64,000 nucleotides of DNA. Origin: a virus (taxonomy: Duplodnaviria > Caudoviricetes). The position numbers and the translations under genes are program-made. The notes beneath the pieces were generated by a model. That model saw nothing but the letters and a program-made list of their open reading frames with translations, searched no databases and was not told the DNA's origin. Shown here one piece after another: positions 9,921-17,997 of the stretch (its first letter is position 1; every line of letters begins with the position of its first letter). The stretch spans positions 1 through 64,000 of the IMG/VR virus record IMGVR_UViG_3300031994_000079; one strand, 5' to 3'.

Positions 9921-10068
9921 CTACCGATTGTAATATCAGCGACCATATGCTATAGTATAATTGTAAACAACAACAGCAGAGTGTCTGAGGCAGAGCTTAG
10001 CGCCTATCTCAGACACAGAAGCCAGATAGTTTACAGACCAATAAAGACAATCAAAAGGAGAAAAAAAG

Positions 10069-10350
10069 ATGGCAAAAAAGAAGAACTACTGGTATGTATT
10101 GGTAATGACAAACGAAGGGCCGAAGTTTGTAACTTCGGTCAGCTACATGGATAAGACAGCTCATTGGGATAAGACAGAGAAGCCCTTAGAAATGGACAAA
10201 GAGAGAGCAACAGATTTGGCACTTGGGTTAAATCTCAATATGTATGCCTCATTTGTAGTATGTCAGCCGTTTGAGATTGATAGACAACCCTACAGATATG
10301 ATATGGGTCATTTTGAGTGGAAAGCAGAGGAGGTACAGAATGAAGGTTAA
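10069..10350 (+). CDS. Hypothetical early protein
   Basis: ORF track; RBS AAAGGAG; own promoter. Confidence 0.8.
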   Translation: MAKKKNYWYVLVMTNEGPKFVTSVSYMDKTAHWDKTEKPLEMDKERATDLALGLNLNMYASFVVCQPFEIDRQPYRYDMGHFEWKAEEVQNEG

Positions 10351-10669
10351 TAATAGAACACAGAAAGCACAGGAACTTATCCATGATATGTTCAGTACCT
10401 ATTATAGGGGAAAGACATTATATGATGTATATGGCAAGTGTAGTGCCAAGAAGAAAAACTCATGGGAAGCCATCAAGAGAGATTGTGAGAGACTTGGTGG
10501 TGAGGATTTGCATATCGTAGGTGCTAATTGTTATAATTATTCCTGTATATATGCATATCCTATCACAGATACAGAGACAGGGGAAATTACGGATATGGTA
10601 ATCAGAAAAGAGACTGCCAGTAATACCTATGAGCTAACATTACCGATAGCAGAATATAATAAACATTGA
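10340..10669 (+). CDS. Hypothetical protein
   Basis: RBS GAGGAGG before ATG 10340; followed by a terminator. Confidence 0.8.
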   Translation: MKVNNRTQKAQELIHDMFSTYYRGKTLYDVYGKCSAKKKNSWEAIKRDCERLGGEDLHIVGANCYNYSCIYAYPITDTETGEITDMVIRKETASNTYELTLPIAEYNKH

Positions 10670-10676
10670 GAAATAC

Positions 10677-10703
10677 AGGCTGTCAAAAATGGCAGCCTTT
10701 TTT
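10677..10703 (+). terminator. Rho-independent terminator
   Basis: AGGCTGTC-AAAAAT-GGCAGCCT followed by a T run. Confidence 0.8.
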
Positions 10704-10850
10704 GGCTCTATTGACCAGGTTGGTACCTACCAGCGAACTCAGTCAGTCAATGGTAAAAAATTTTTCAGAACTGCCGATTGAAAAGTGCTGAACCATATGC
10801 TATACTGTACTTGTAAATGAAAACAAGCAGTATTAGAAAGGAGATATGTT

Positions 10851-11123
10851 ATGGCAAAGTTATATAGAAATAAAGAGGGACAGAAGCTATATCCAGTATG
10901 TTCATGGGAGAAGAATCAGCACAAGCTGTACAATGCCTATGATAGGGCTTTGATTTGGTGCTATGATACAGATTGGAGCGAGGAAGCCATGAATGAGCGT
11001 GACAGAGTGGAGCAGGCAATATCGGCTTTTGATAGTTGCGTTATCAATGGTCTTGTATATGCTACCTATCAGATGGGTCAGATAATCAAGGACATTATAT
11101 GGGCATATGATGCTCGCCACTAA
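10851..11123 (+). CDS. Hypothetical early protein
   Basis: ORF track; RBS AAAGGAG; own promoter. Confidence 0.8.
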   Translation: MAKLYRNKEGQKLYPVCSWEKNQHKLYNAYDRALIWCYDTDWSEEAMNERDRVEQAISAFDSCVINGLVYATYQMGQIIKDIIWAYDARH

Positions 11124-11137
11124 GAAAGGAGAATACT

Positions 11138-11344
11138 ATGAAATTTTATGTGGATGAATGTGTTGGTTGTAGTAGTATGGGACTGCCTTGTTTAGGCAGT
11201 TCATGCCCTAATAGAAATGCAGTACATTGGCGGTGTGATGGATGCGGTGATGAAGATGTGCCGTTGTATGAGTTTGAGGATAAAGAATTATGTATGGGTT
11301 GTATTGAGCAGTCATTAACCCAGGTGAATGAAGGAGTGTGGTAA
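11138..11344 (+). CDS. Small Cys-rich zinc-finger protein
   Basis: CVGC...C...C...CDGC...CMGC. Confidence 0.75.
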   Translation: MKFYVDECVGCSSMGLPCLGSSCPNRNAVHWRCDGCGDEDVPLYEFEDKELCMGCIEQSLTQVNEGVW

Positions 11345-11345
11345 T

Positions 11346-11528
11346 ATGATATTGAGAGATTTTGGTATGATGTGTAATGAATCCATAAACATATTGGTTA
11401 TCAATCAAGAAGGTCGGGTTATTGATATGTATGACGGCAAGAACTCTATAATGGATAAGTTTCTTGAAAGGGAAATAGATAAGATTATAAGGGTTACCTT
11501 TAATACAATTTGGGTGCAAGTTTTTTAA
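11346..11528 (+). CDS. Hypothetical protein
   Basis: RBS AAGGAG before ATG 11346. Confidence 0.65.
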   Translation: MILRDFGMMCNESINILVINQEGRVIDMYDGKNSIMDKFLEREIDKIIRVTFNTIWVQVF

Positions 11529-11617
11529 TACTGCCGATTGTAAATGTCTGTACCTCATGTTATAATGTACTTGTAAGTAAGAACAGCACTGAGGTGCAGA
11601 CAGAAGGAGATATGGAA

Positions 11618-11911
11618 ATGACAGTAAAGAAATGGATAAGTCGAGACAAAGTTAGGGAAATGTGTATCAGGTATAATTACTACACACGAGGTGATTGTAG
11701 AGCCTATGATGTGATGCTTGCCACAGCAAAAAATCTTGACCCAGAAGATTATGTGGGATTGCTTACAGTAGCCAATGATATTTACAACCATAGCAGTATT
11801 CAGGATGATGCAGAGTATTCCAGAAAGGATATGATAGAGGGTCTTGTATATGGTCTGCTTACAGAATGTGTGGAAATGTATGTAGAAGTGGAAGAAGGTG
11901 AAGTAGCATGA
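11618..11911 (+). CDS. Hypothetical early protein
   Basis: RBS AAGGAG; own promoter. Confidence 0.75.
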   Translation: MTVKKWISRDKVREMCIRYNYYTRGDCRAYDVMLATAKNLDPEDYVGLLTVANDIYNHSSIQDDAEYSRKDMIEGLVYGLLTECVEMYVEVEEGEVA

Positions 11912-12221
11912 CACAGTATATGGTACACGATTTCTATTCCGAATCAGTAGTATTTCGAGGCACTGAGCAAGAGTGCCTCGAATACATAAACCAGAATGAT
12001 GGTAAAAATCATATGGAACTTGAATTGTATTGGGCAAACCCGGGTGACAGATATTATAAGGAGGTAGAGGAAGATGACTGAATATAGGTCAGCAATAGTA
12101 GATGAATGTGGTTGTGTTATGTTTTGGTGTGATGAGCTTCAGGATGAGGACCAGATAGAATGTATATTAGAGGGTCATCCCGAATGGAGCAGAAAATGTA
12201 TATGCATAGGAGGTTGATATA

Positions 12222-12488
12222 ATGCACGGATGTTCTGATTGTAGGTATTGTAAATGTTACCCTGGTGATTATTGGACACCAGATGATTATGAGTGTACTT
12301 CCAATGTTTGGGATAGAATAGATGTTGATGAGGAAGTCGTAGAAAAAGTTTGGTGTGATTGCGAAGAATGGAATGATAATGAAGAACCATTATGTCCCGG
12401 TTGGGAAGAAGCGCCAACACCAGAAGATGAGTATTGGGACAGATATGCATGGGAAGAAAATCATTATGATAAGGATAAGGTAGATTGA
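12222..12488 (+). CDS. Acidic Cys-rich hypothetical protein
   Basis: ORF track; RBS GGAGG. Confidence 0.7.
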   Translation: MHGCSDCRYCKCYPGDYWTPDDYECTSNVWDRIDVDEEVVEKVWCDCEEWNDNEEPLCPGWEEAPTPEDEYWDRYAWEENHYDKDKVD

Positions 12489-12498
12489 AAGGAGAATA

Positions 12499-12819
12499 AT
12501 GATGAGAGAGGAATATTTAAGCGAAATTAAAAAGTTGGCTATAGGTCTTATGGAAAGAGGTATACAGTTTGAGTTCCGTAAAATATTTGAAGGTTATCAA
12601 ATATTAGTATACGAACCTACAGGTAATCCTTATGATATATCAGATAAGCTGGTAAGAAAATGGGATGCAGTAATTCATGGGGGTAGTTATGGACATGAAT
12701 ACGGAAAATTAGAAATAATGGGTGACCTGGTAGATAAGACAAAGACCGATGATGACGTAGAAGGGTGGTTAACAGCAGAGGAGATATTGAAAAGAGTGGA
12801 TAAGGAGATAAAAGAATGA
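12499..12819 (+). CDS. Hypothetical protein (HGGSYG motif)
   Basis: WDAVIHGGSYGHEYGKLEIMG...DDVEGWLTAEEIL, typical of a recurrent Firmicute phage family. Confidence 0.75.
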   Translation: MMREEYLSEIKKLAIGLMERGIQFEFRKIFEGYQILVYEPTGNPYDISDKLVRKWDAVIHGGSYGHEYGKLEIMGDLVDKTKTDDDVEGWLTAEEILKRVDKEIKE

Positions 12820-12980
12820 GAGAATGGGCAGTTTATAGTTCCAACACAGGAGCATGTTTAGGAGGTATAGGATATTCCTCAGATGAGATATCCGAAGAAG
12901 ATGCTTATGAGATAGCTGAGGAAATGTATAGTGAGGATGTTTATGTAGCAGAGCGCCAGTATTTTTAAATACCAATTACC

Positions 12981-13011
12981 ATTTGAGGAAGACTAAAAAT
13001 CTTCCTCAAAT
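12981..13011. terminator. Hairpin terminator ending the early ORF string
   Basis: ATTTGAGGAAGA-7 nt-TCTTCCTCAAAT, a perfect 12-bp stem. Confidence 0.75.
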
Positions 13012-13087
13012 TTATATATGCAGGCATATACCAAAAGCAGAAATTTTAAAAAATCGGCGGGTAAGAAAGAACGAGACACCTACCAAT

Positions 13088-13293
13088 CCATTCATATCAA
13101 TCCCATTCATATAAAAGAAATCAAACACCTCGGCGGTATAGAAGAACGCAATCCTCTACCTATATATTCAATAATACTAATATAACCAATATAAGAAAAT
13201 ACACCAATATAAGTAGATACCACATGCCAATATACCAGTATGTCTACTGGTACCAACCACAATTGATACCCGTAATTAGTGCCAACCACAATT
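13088..13293. repeat. A/C-skewed non-coding block with short direct repeats
   Basis: CCATTCATAT x2 (13088, 13103), CCAATATA x3 (13186, 13204, 13227), CCAACCACAATT x2 (13253, 13282). Confidence 0.7.
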
Positions 13294-13368
13294 ATATAAA
13301 TTGTATATATTTTCATGAATATTATACAATTTTCAGATAATTCTATACAGTTGTAGTATCGCTCATAT

Positions 13369-13405
13369 GAACACATGTTCAAGTGTTCACACGAACATAT
13401 GTTCG
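13369..13405. promoter_or_regulatory. Two Firmicute-type LexA (SOS) box matches
   Basis: GAACACATGTTC (13369-13380) and the perfect CGAACATATGTTCG (13392-13405). Confidence 0.6.
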
Positions 13406-13621
13406 AGCTTGGAATGCAGTATCCATGCGACTTCCAGCGATTTGGTGGGTGCCTACCTGATGGTAAAAGCGGCAGGTACCGAACGGAAATTCGTCAAAAA
13501 AGGCGAAAAAAATTAAAAAAAGTTTGTATTACCCATATACAAACGTGTTAGTGTATGTTATAATGTATACATAGTTAAGAGATACGCACAACAGAGTGCA
13601 GTCACGAAAGGAGAATATAAT

Positions 13622-14176
13622 ATGGAAAACAAGACAGCAAAGAAAGTAGTAGCAAAGGCAGTAGATAAGAAGGAAGTTAAGAAGTTCGATTATAAGGCAG
13701 TAGCAGAGAGCTTTGAGGCAGCGTTCAAGAATGACGCCAGAGTAACAGTTATAGCTGATACCAAGCTCGAAAACCCTAAGTCCAATACATATAGTGACTA
13801 TACATATGTCCACTTTTTCAAGTCTGGGACGCAGAAAGATATGTTTGGATGCTATCTTATAGGAAAGGGCAGAACGAGATTTGCTCTTAGCCTTGCAGTA
13901 GCAGAATATATCAAGGGATTGCCTGTACAGCCTGTAGAGAAGAAGATTAAGGGCGAAAAGAAGCTGGTAGCAATAGATGTTATATGCGCCAATGAGGATG
14001 CTGTGAATGTCGCCAACACCATTATAGAAGCATACGCCAGCATTCCTGTTAAGTCTAAGAAGGAGATAGCTGAGAAGTCAGAGCCTAAGAAAGAGAAGAA
14101 ACCTGCTACCAGTAAGAAGGCGACAGTAGCAAAGCATCCCGCAAAGGCAACAGAGAAGAAGGCAGTAAATAAGTAA
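13622..14176 (+). CDS. Hypothetical protein with Lys/Ala-rich histone-H1-like tail
   Basis: Own promoter, RBS and terminator; C-terminus KKEKKPATSKKATVAKHPAKATEKKAVNK. Confidence 0.85.
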   Translation: MENKTAKKVVAKAVDKKEVKKFDYKAVAESFEAAFKNDARVTVIADTKLENPKSNTYSDYTYVHFFKSGTQKDMFGCYLIGKGRTRFALSLAVAEYIKGLPVQPVEKKIKGEKKLVAIDVICANEDAVNVANTIIEAYASIPVKSKKEIAEKSEPKKEKKPATSKKATVAKHPAKATEKKAVNK

Positions 14177-14209
14177 TTATCCACAGTTTGCATAGTGTAT
14201 CTCTTTACA

Positions 14210-14244
14210 GGAGAGGGTCTTGTCAACCCTCTCCACTTTCTTTT
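14210..14244 (+). terminator. Rho-independent terminator
   Basis: GGAGAGGGT...ACCCTCTCC then ACTTTCTTTT. Confidence 0.75.
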
Positions 14245-15098
14245 GGCCAATATATATACGCTGGTTGGTACCATATATCAATTTCCCCATTGTGCAAGGT
14301 GCACAAAAGCTGGAGGTCGCATGGTTGGTGACTTCCAAGTGTTCTTGTCCATAGTAGTGTTGGCCAGCCCCCATGTGGATATAAAAATGGATGGTGCCTG
14401 CCAATTTTCCTTCGTCAATTTGCACAAAAAGGCGGGTACCTGCCAAGTAACAAAAAAAGTTTCATATACCACTGTTCATAACTCTATACCTTTGATATAC
14501 TATACTTGTAAGCAATTACACTTACAGACAGCACATGACCAGAAAGGAGATACAGACATGAAACTAAAGTACAAGATTTACCAGCTTAGATGTAAGCTCG
14601 CTAACAAGCCCGATATTGACTACATTGAGTTTGTTGCCAGAACGATATTTATAAGGGGAGGGGTAAGAGTATGAGCCAGATAATAAGAAGCATAGAGACT
14701 TCCACAGCAAATATGCTGAAAGCCGAAAAAGAGAGATATATCCGTGAATTATATATAGCCGGAATTATAACAGCAACCGAGTATTCAATATTGAAAGGAG
14801 AGGTATTATGAATATTTTTGAATTTACCACTTATGAAGAAGCCATCAATGCTTTTATAGAACAGACAGGAGGATATGTAGAAAATCCTGAAGATTATATA
14901 ATGTTTGATGGTGAAGTATATTGGTATAAGATGAATGCATAGAAAGGAGAATTATTATGAGTAAGGAATTAGAGAGAGCATTGGAGACAGAGCAGTTTGA
15001 TAATATGGAATATCATATAATAGACAGCCTCGATATATATGAGGAACTTTCTGATAGATATGCCGATTATATATCATCCAGTGATTACGAGTGAGGGT

Positions 15099-15123
15099 AG
15101 GGAGCGAAAGCTCCCTTCTTTTT
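15099..15123 (+). terminator. Rho-independent terminator
   Basis: AGGGAGC-GAAA-GCTCCCT then a T-rich tail. Confidence 0.85.
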
Positions 15124-15256
15124 AAGCGTTAGTATAGGTAGGTACCTACCGAGCGAAATTTTTTTGAGTTGCCACTATCATTATGTTATCATTATGTTAT
15201 AATATAATTGTAAACAAAAACAGCTTGACGCACAGCGCCAGAAAGTGAGAGTAAAT

Positions 15257-15487
15257 ATGTCTGAAAAAATTTTCTATTATGCTATGAACAATGATGCCTA
15301 TGTAGTTATGCCTGAAGAAGATTATAATACCGTCAATGAATTGATTGATATGAATGCCGAAGTTCTTGATGCTTATGATGAGAACCTTATAGCAGAGATA
15401 CCTGATGAGTTTTATATTAGAGAGCGCCAGATTCAGAAGTTATTAAATATGACCGATGATGAATTTGCCATGTGCATATTATATTAG
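15257..15487 (+). CDS. Small acidic hypothetical protein
   Basis: Own promoter; RBS before ATG 15257. Confidence 0.7.
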   Translation: MSEKIFYYAMNNDAYVVMPEEDYNTVNELIDMNAEVLDAYDENLIAEIPDEFYIRERQIQKLLNMTDDEFAMCILY

Positions 15488-15873
15488 AGAGCCTGATGGC
15501 TCTTTTTATATACGGGATATTGCCTTTGATGCCATTTGGAAGAAACTATCCAGAAAATATATACGCGGTAGGATATAACCAGAAAAATTTAAAATTTATA
15601 TACGGCTGGTCCATTCCTGAGAAGTTTAAAAATATATACACTTGGTTGGCGCCAGCCCCGCATTTTGAAAAATTGCGAGGGCAATGTTTCACGCATGTTT
15701 CACGAAGTCGAACATTCATTTGTTGTTATTATGCACAAAAACAGTGCTGATTCTTTGTACAATATTTTTGCGTTCTGTGCTTGACTATAATAACATTATC
15801 ACTTATAATAGATAATGTAAAGAGAACACAGCAACTTGCAAGCTGATAAGCAAGTAAAAAACAGCTCAAGACT

Positions 15874-16320
15874 ATGACAAACACAAAGAAAGCGAATAAG
15901 ACCACGTTTGAAACTATCAACGCAGTAGTAAAAGACTTTTCAAATATCTTTACACTTCAAAACAATGAAGTCAATCAATATGCAAGAGTATGTTTTACAG
16001 ATACATTTAAAAAAGATTATTACAATTTAATGAGAGATTTCGCTATTTATTATGATAGAAAAGATAGTTATAAAATCAGCATTTCCGACAAGTATTTAAC
16101 CGCGACACAGTGTAAAGATTTCAAGTCAACGCATGAAAAGTCAGATAAAACGAAAGCACTTGAGTTTAGTGTAAAAGCTGATAGCATTAAAGATGTAATA
16201 TTAGAGCTTGTAGCAATTAAGTTATTACAGACTAACAAAATCGTTGAATACACGAAAGTTAAAATTAAGACAACGACAGCAAACAAGCGTTCGAATAAGA
16301 AAAAAGAGCAAACAGCATAA
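15874..16320 (+). CDS. Hypothetical protein with basic C-terminal tail
   Basis: Promoter TTGACT-17-TATAAT upstream and terminator downstream. Confidence 0.75.
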   Translation: MTNTKKANKTTFETINAVVKDFSNIFTLQNNEVNQYARVCFTDTFKKDYYNLMRDFAIYYDRKDSYKISISDKYLTATQCKDFKSTHEKSDKTKALEFSVKADSIKDVILELVAIKLLQTNKIVEYTKVKIKTTTANKRSNKKKEQTA

Positions 16321-16337
16321 CAAACAGACATTCGAAC

Positions 16338-16370
16338 AGAGCGAACACAAACAAGTGTTCGCTCTTTTTT
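16338..16370 (+). terminator. Rho-independent terminator
   Basis: AGAGCGAACAC-6 nt-GTGTTCGCTCT then TTTTT. Confidence 0.85.
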
Positions 16371-16567
16371 CGTGTTCTGATTTTGTGTTCGAATATCTGT
16401 TCGAAAAAATGTTTCACGATATGTTTCACGAATTGTGTCAAAATCATACACAATTCTTTATCATTTTAGCGTGTTAAAGTTAGCGACTGCTAACCCCCAT
16501 ACACGTCAACACTTCACAGTGCTAAAGCGTGCAGAGACGAGAGTTTCTCACTCCCACGTCGGCTGTA

Positions 16568-16655
16568 TTTTTCTAAAGAACTACCGTGTTCTGGCACTTT
16601 TTCTAAAGAACTGCGGAAAAGTCGGTTTTTATTTTGGTAGGATTTTCTAAAGAAC
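16568..16655 (+). repeat. Three direct repeats TTTTCTAAAGAAC upstream of the packaging operon
   Basis: Copies at about 16568, 16598 and 16643; a further copy at 4741 just before the methyltransferase. Confidence 0.8.
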
Positions 16656-16714
16656 GCCCGAGTTGATTTTCAAGGTTTCTTATATTATAGTATGTTTCAA
16701 AGAGGTGATTTATA

Positions 16715-17035
16715 GTGGCTGATTTAACAGGAGCGAGAAAGAAACTTATAACCGCCCTTAATAAGGTATATGATATGAAGCTCTTATATACAACAAGGGA
16801 ATTTATGGGGAAAGAAGGTTATCCTCATACTATGTATGGTCTTTCTCAGGCTGTTTGGGATGAGGAGAAAGGAAAGTACAGCTCTATGAAGATTTACGAA
16901 ACGGCTTCTTTAATTCGCCTGATTTTATATTTAAGGGATTTATTATTTTTGGCGCAAGGGAAGAGTTTACCTATGGATAATGAAATGTGGAATGAGAAGA
17001 GGCCTAAGGAATTATTGGCTTTGGAAAAGGAGTAG
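16715..17035 (+). CDS. Hypothetical protein (first gene of packaging operon)
   Basis: GTG start, RBS GAGGTG, promoter TTGATT-17-TATAGT at 16663-16691. Confidence 0.8.
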   Translation: MADLTGARKKLITALNKVYDMKLLYTTREFMGKEGYPHTMYGLSQAVWDEEKGKYSSMKIYETASLIRLILYLRDLLFLAQGKSLPMDNEMWNEKRPKELLALEKE

Positions 17036-17038
17036 TTT

Positions 17039-17485
17039 ATGGGCGCTACGTATATGGGTTTTGGGGCACTTAGAAGAAATACTGTAAGGAATGCGGATGA
17101 TAAGATATTTGGTGTTTCTTATGCAATAAGATTTACCAATAGTGCGCCGAGAGGGGCTAATTTTTCAAAACCTTCTGAGGACAATATACAGATGGTTATT
17201 AGGGCAGAAGATGGCGAGGATATTTTAATGCAGTTCCAACTTAGCAGGAATAATTTACAGATAAGAGCTTATGACCCTAATGTGGCTGTTTCTGCCAGGG
17301 CTGTGGTTGACGGGAAATACCCTTCCATAGATACTGTCATTAAGGAAGGGAAAACTTTGGCTGACAGAATGAATGCCCAGAAGCTCAAAGACATTACAAA
17401 GAAAACTCTGGCAGGTGTTTCTGTTGAAAGTCTTTCACGTATTTATAATGAACTTGTCTTGAGAAAGAAAAGGAGGAGAAGATGA
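17039..17485 (+). CDS. Hypothetical protein
   Basis: ORF track; RBS AAGGAG. Confidence 0.75.
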   Translation: MGATYMGFGALRRNTVRNADDKIFGVSYAIRFTNSAPRGANFSKPSEDNIQMVIRAEDGEDILMQFQLSRNNLQIRAYDPNVAVSARAVVDGKYPSIDTVIKEGKTLADRMNAQKLKDITKKTLAGVSVESLSRIYNELVLRKKRRRR

Positions 17486-17997
17486 CTGTTGATGAGTTAA
17501 TGGAGAATTTTCAGAAATATACTAATTATAAGGAACTTCTCACTACTAATTCAGGCCATGAAATTTCACCTAAAGAACATAAGTTTGTTAATTCTTATAT
17601 GATAAATGGTGACCCGGCTGTTGCGGCTAAGGATGCAGGCTATGTTATTAAGAATAAGACAACTTATGAGAATATAGGCAAAAGACTTCTCAAAAAACCC
17701 TATATCTATGAGGAGATTCTTTATAGGATAGAGGAAATGAATAAGTCTCAGATAGCGGACGAGCAGGAAGTTATGAGATATTTTACAGCAGTCATGAGAG
17801 GGGAAGTCAAAGACCAGTTTGACCTTGATGCCCCGCTTTCTGAAAGGACATCGGCTGCCAAAGAACTTGCCAAGAGGTTGATAGATGTACCAGCTAAACA
17901 GGCAGACACAGCTATTCAGATAAACCTTAATTGGAGCCGAGAACCAGTTTTAGAAACAGAATATGTAGAATCAGAGGTAGTTGCGGATGCAGTATAA
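17482..17997 (+). CDS. terS: Terminase small subunit
   Basis: HTH region (F...Y..NG...AAKDAGY...G.RLLKKP.I), IADEQEVMRYFTAVMRGEVKDQF and AAKELAKR; lies directly upstream of TerL. Confidence 0.9.
   Translation: MTVDELMENFQKYTNYKELLTTNSGHEISPKEHKFVNSYMINGDPAVAAKDAGYVIKNKTTYENIGKRLLKKPYIYEEILYRIEEMNKSQIADEQEVMRYFTAVMRGEVKDQFDLDAPLSERTSAAKELAKRLIDVPAKQADTAIQINLNWSREPVLETEYVESEVVADAV

Larger units (their letters stand above)
10718..15150. repeat. Dispersed 14-bp palindrome family GGYRGGTACCYRCC
   Basis: Copies at 10718-10731, 13444-13457, 14389-14402, 14431-14444 and 15137-15150 (perfect); partial copies at 13249, 13471 and 14263; another at 5257-5270. Confidence 0.8.
5752..15820 (+). promoter_or_regulatory. 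Array of about 12 related early promoters sharing a downstream TTGTAAA motif
   Basis: -10 boxes at 5775, 6359, 7123, 7832, 9088, 9951, 10801, 11561, 13559, 14496, 15198 and 15804; most have a TTGTAA/TTGAAA -35 at 17 bp and are followed by (G/A)TA(C/A)TTGTAAA. Confidence 0.85.

Noticed and set aside
16342-16361. CGAAC...GTTCG at 16342 as a LexA box
   Set aside because: The spacing is wrong, and it is the stem of a terminator followed by a T run.
13088-16660. CRISPR array or mini-array among the repeats
   Set aside because: The repeats are 8-14 bp, irregularly spaced, and have no unique 30-40 bp spacers.
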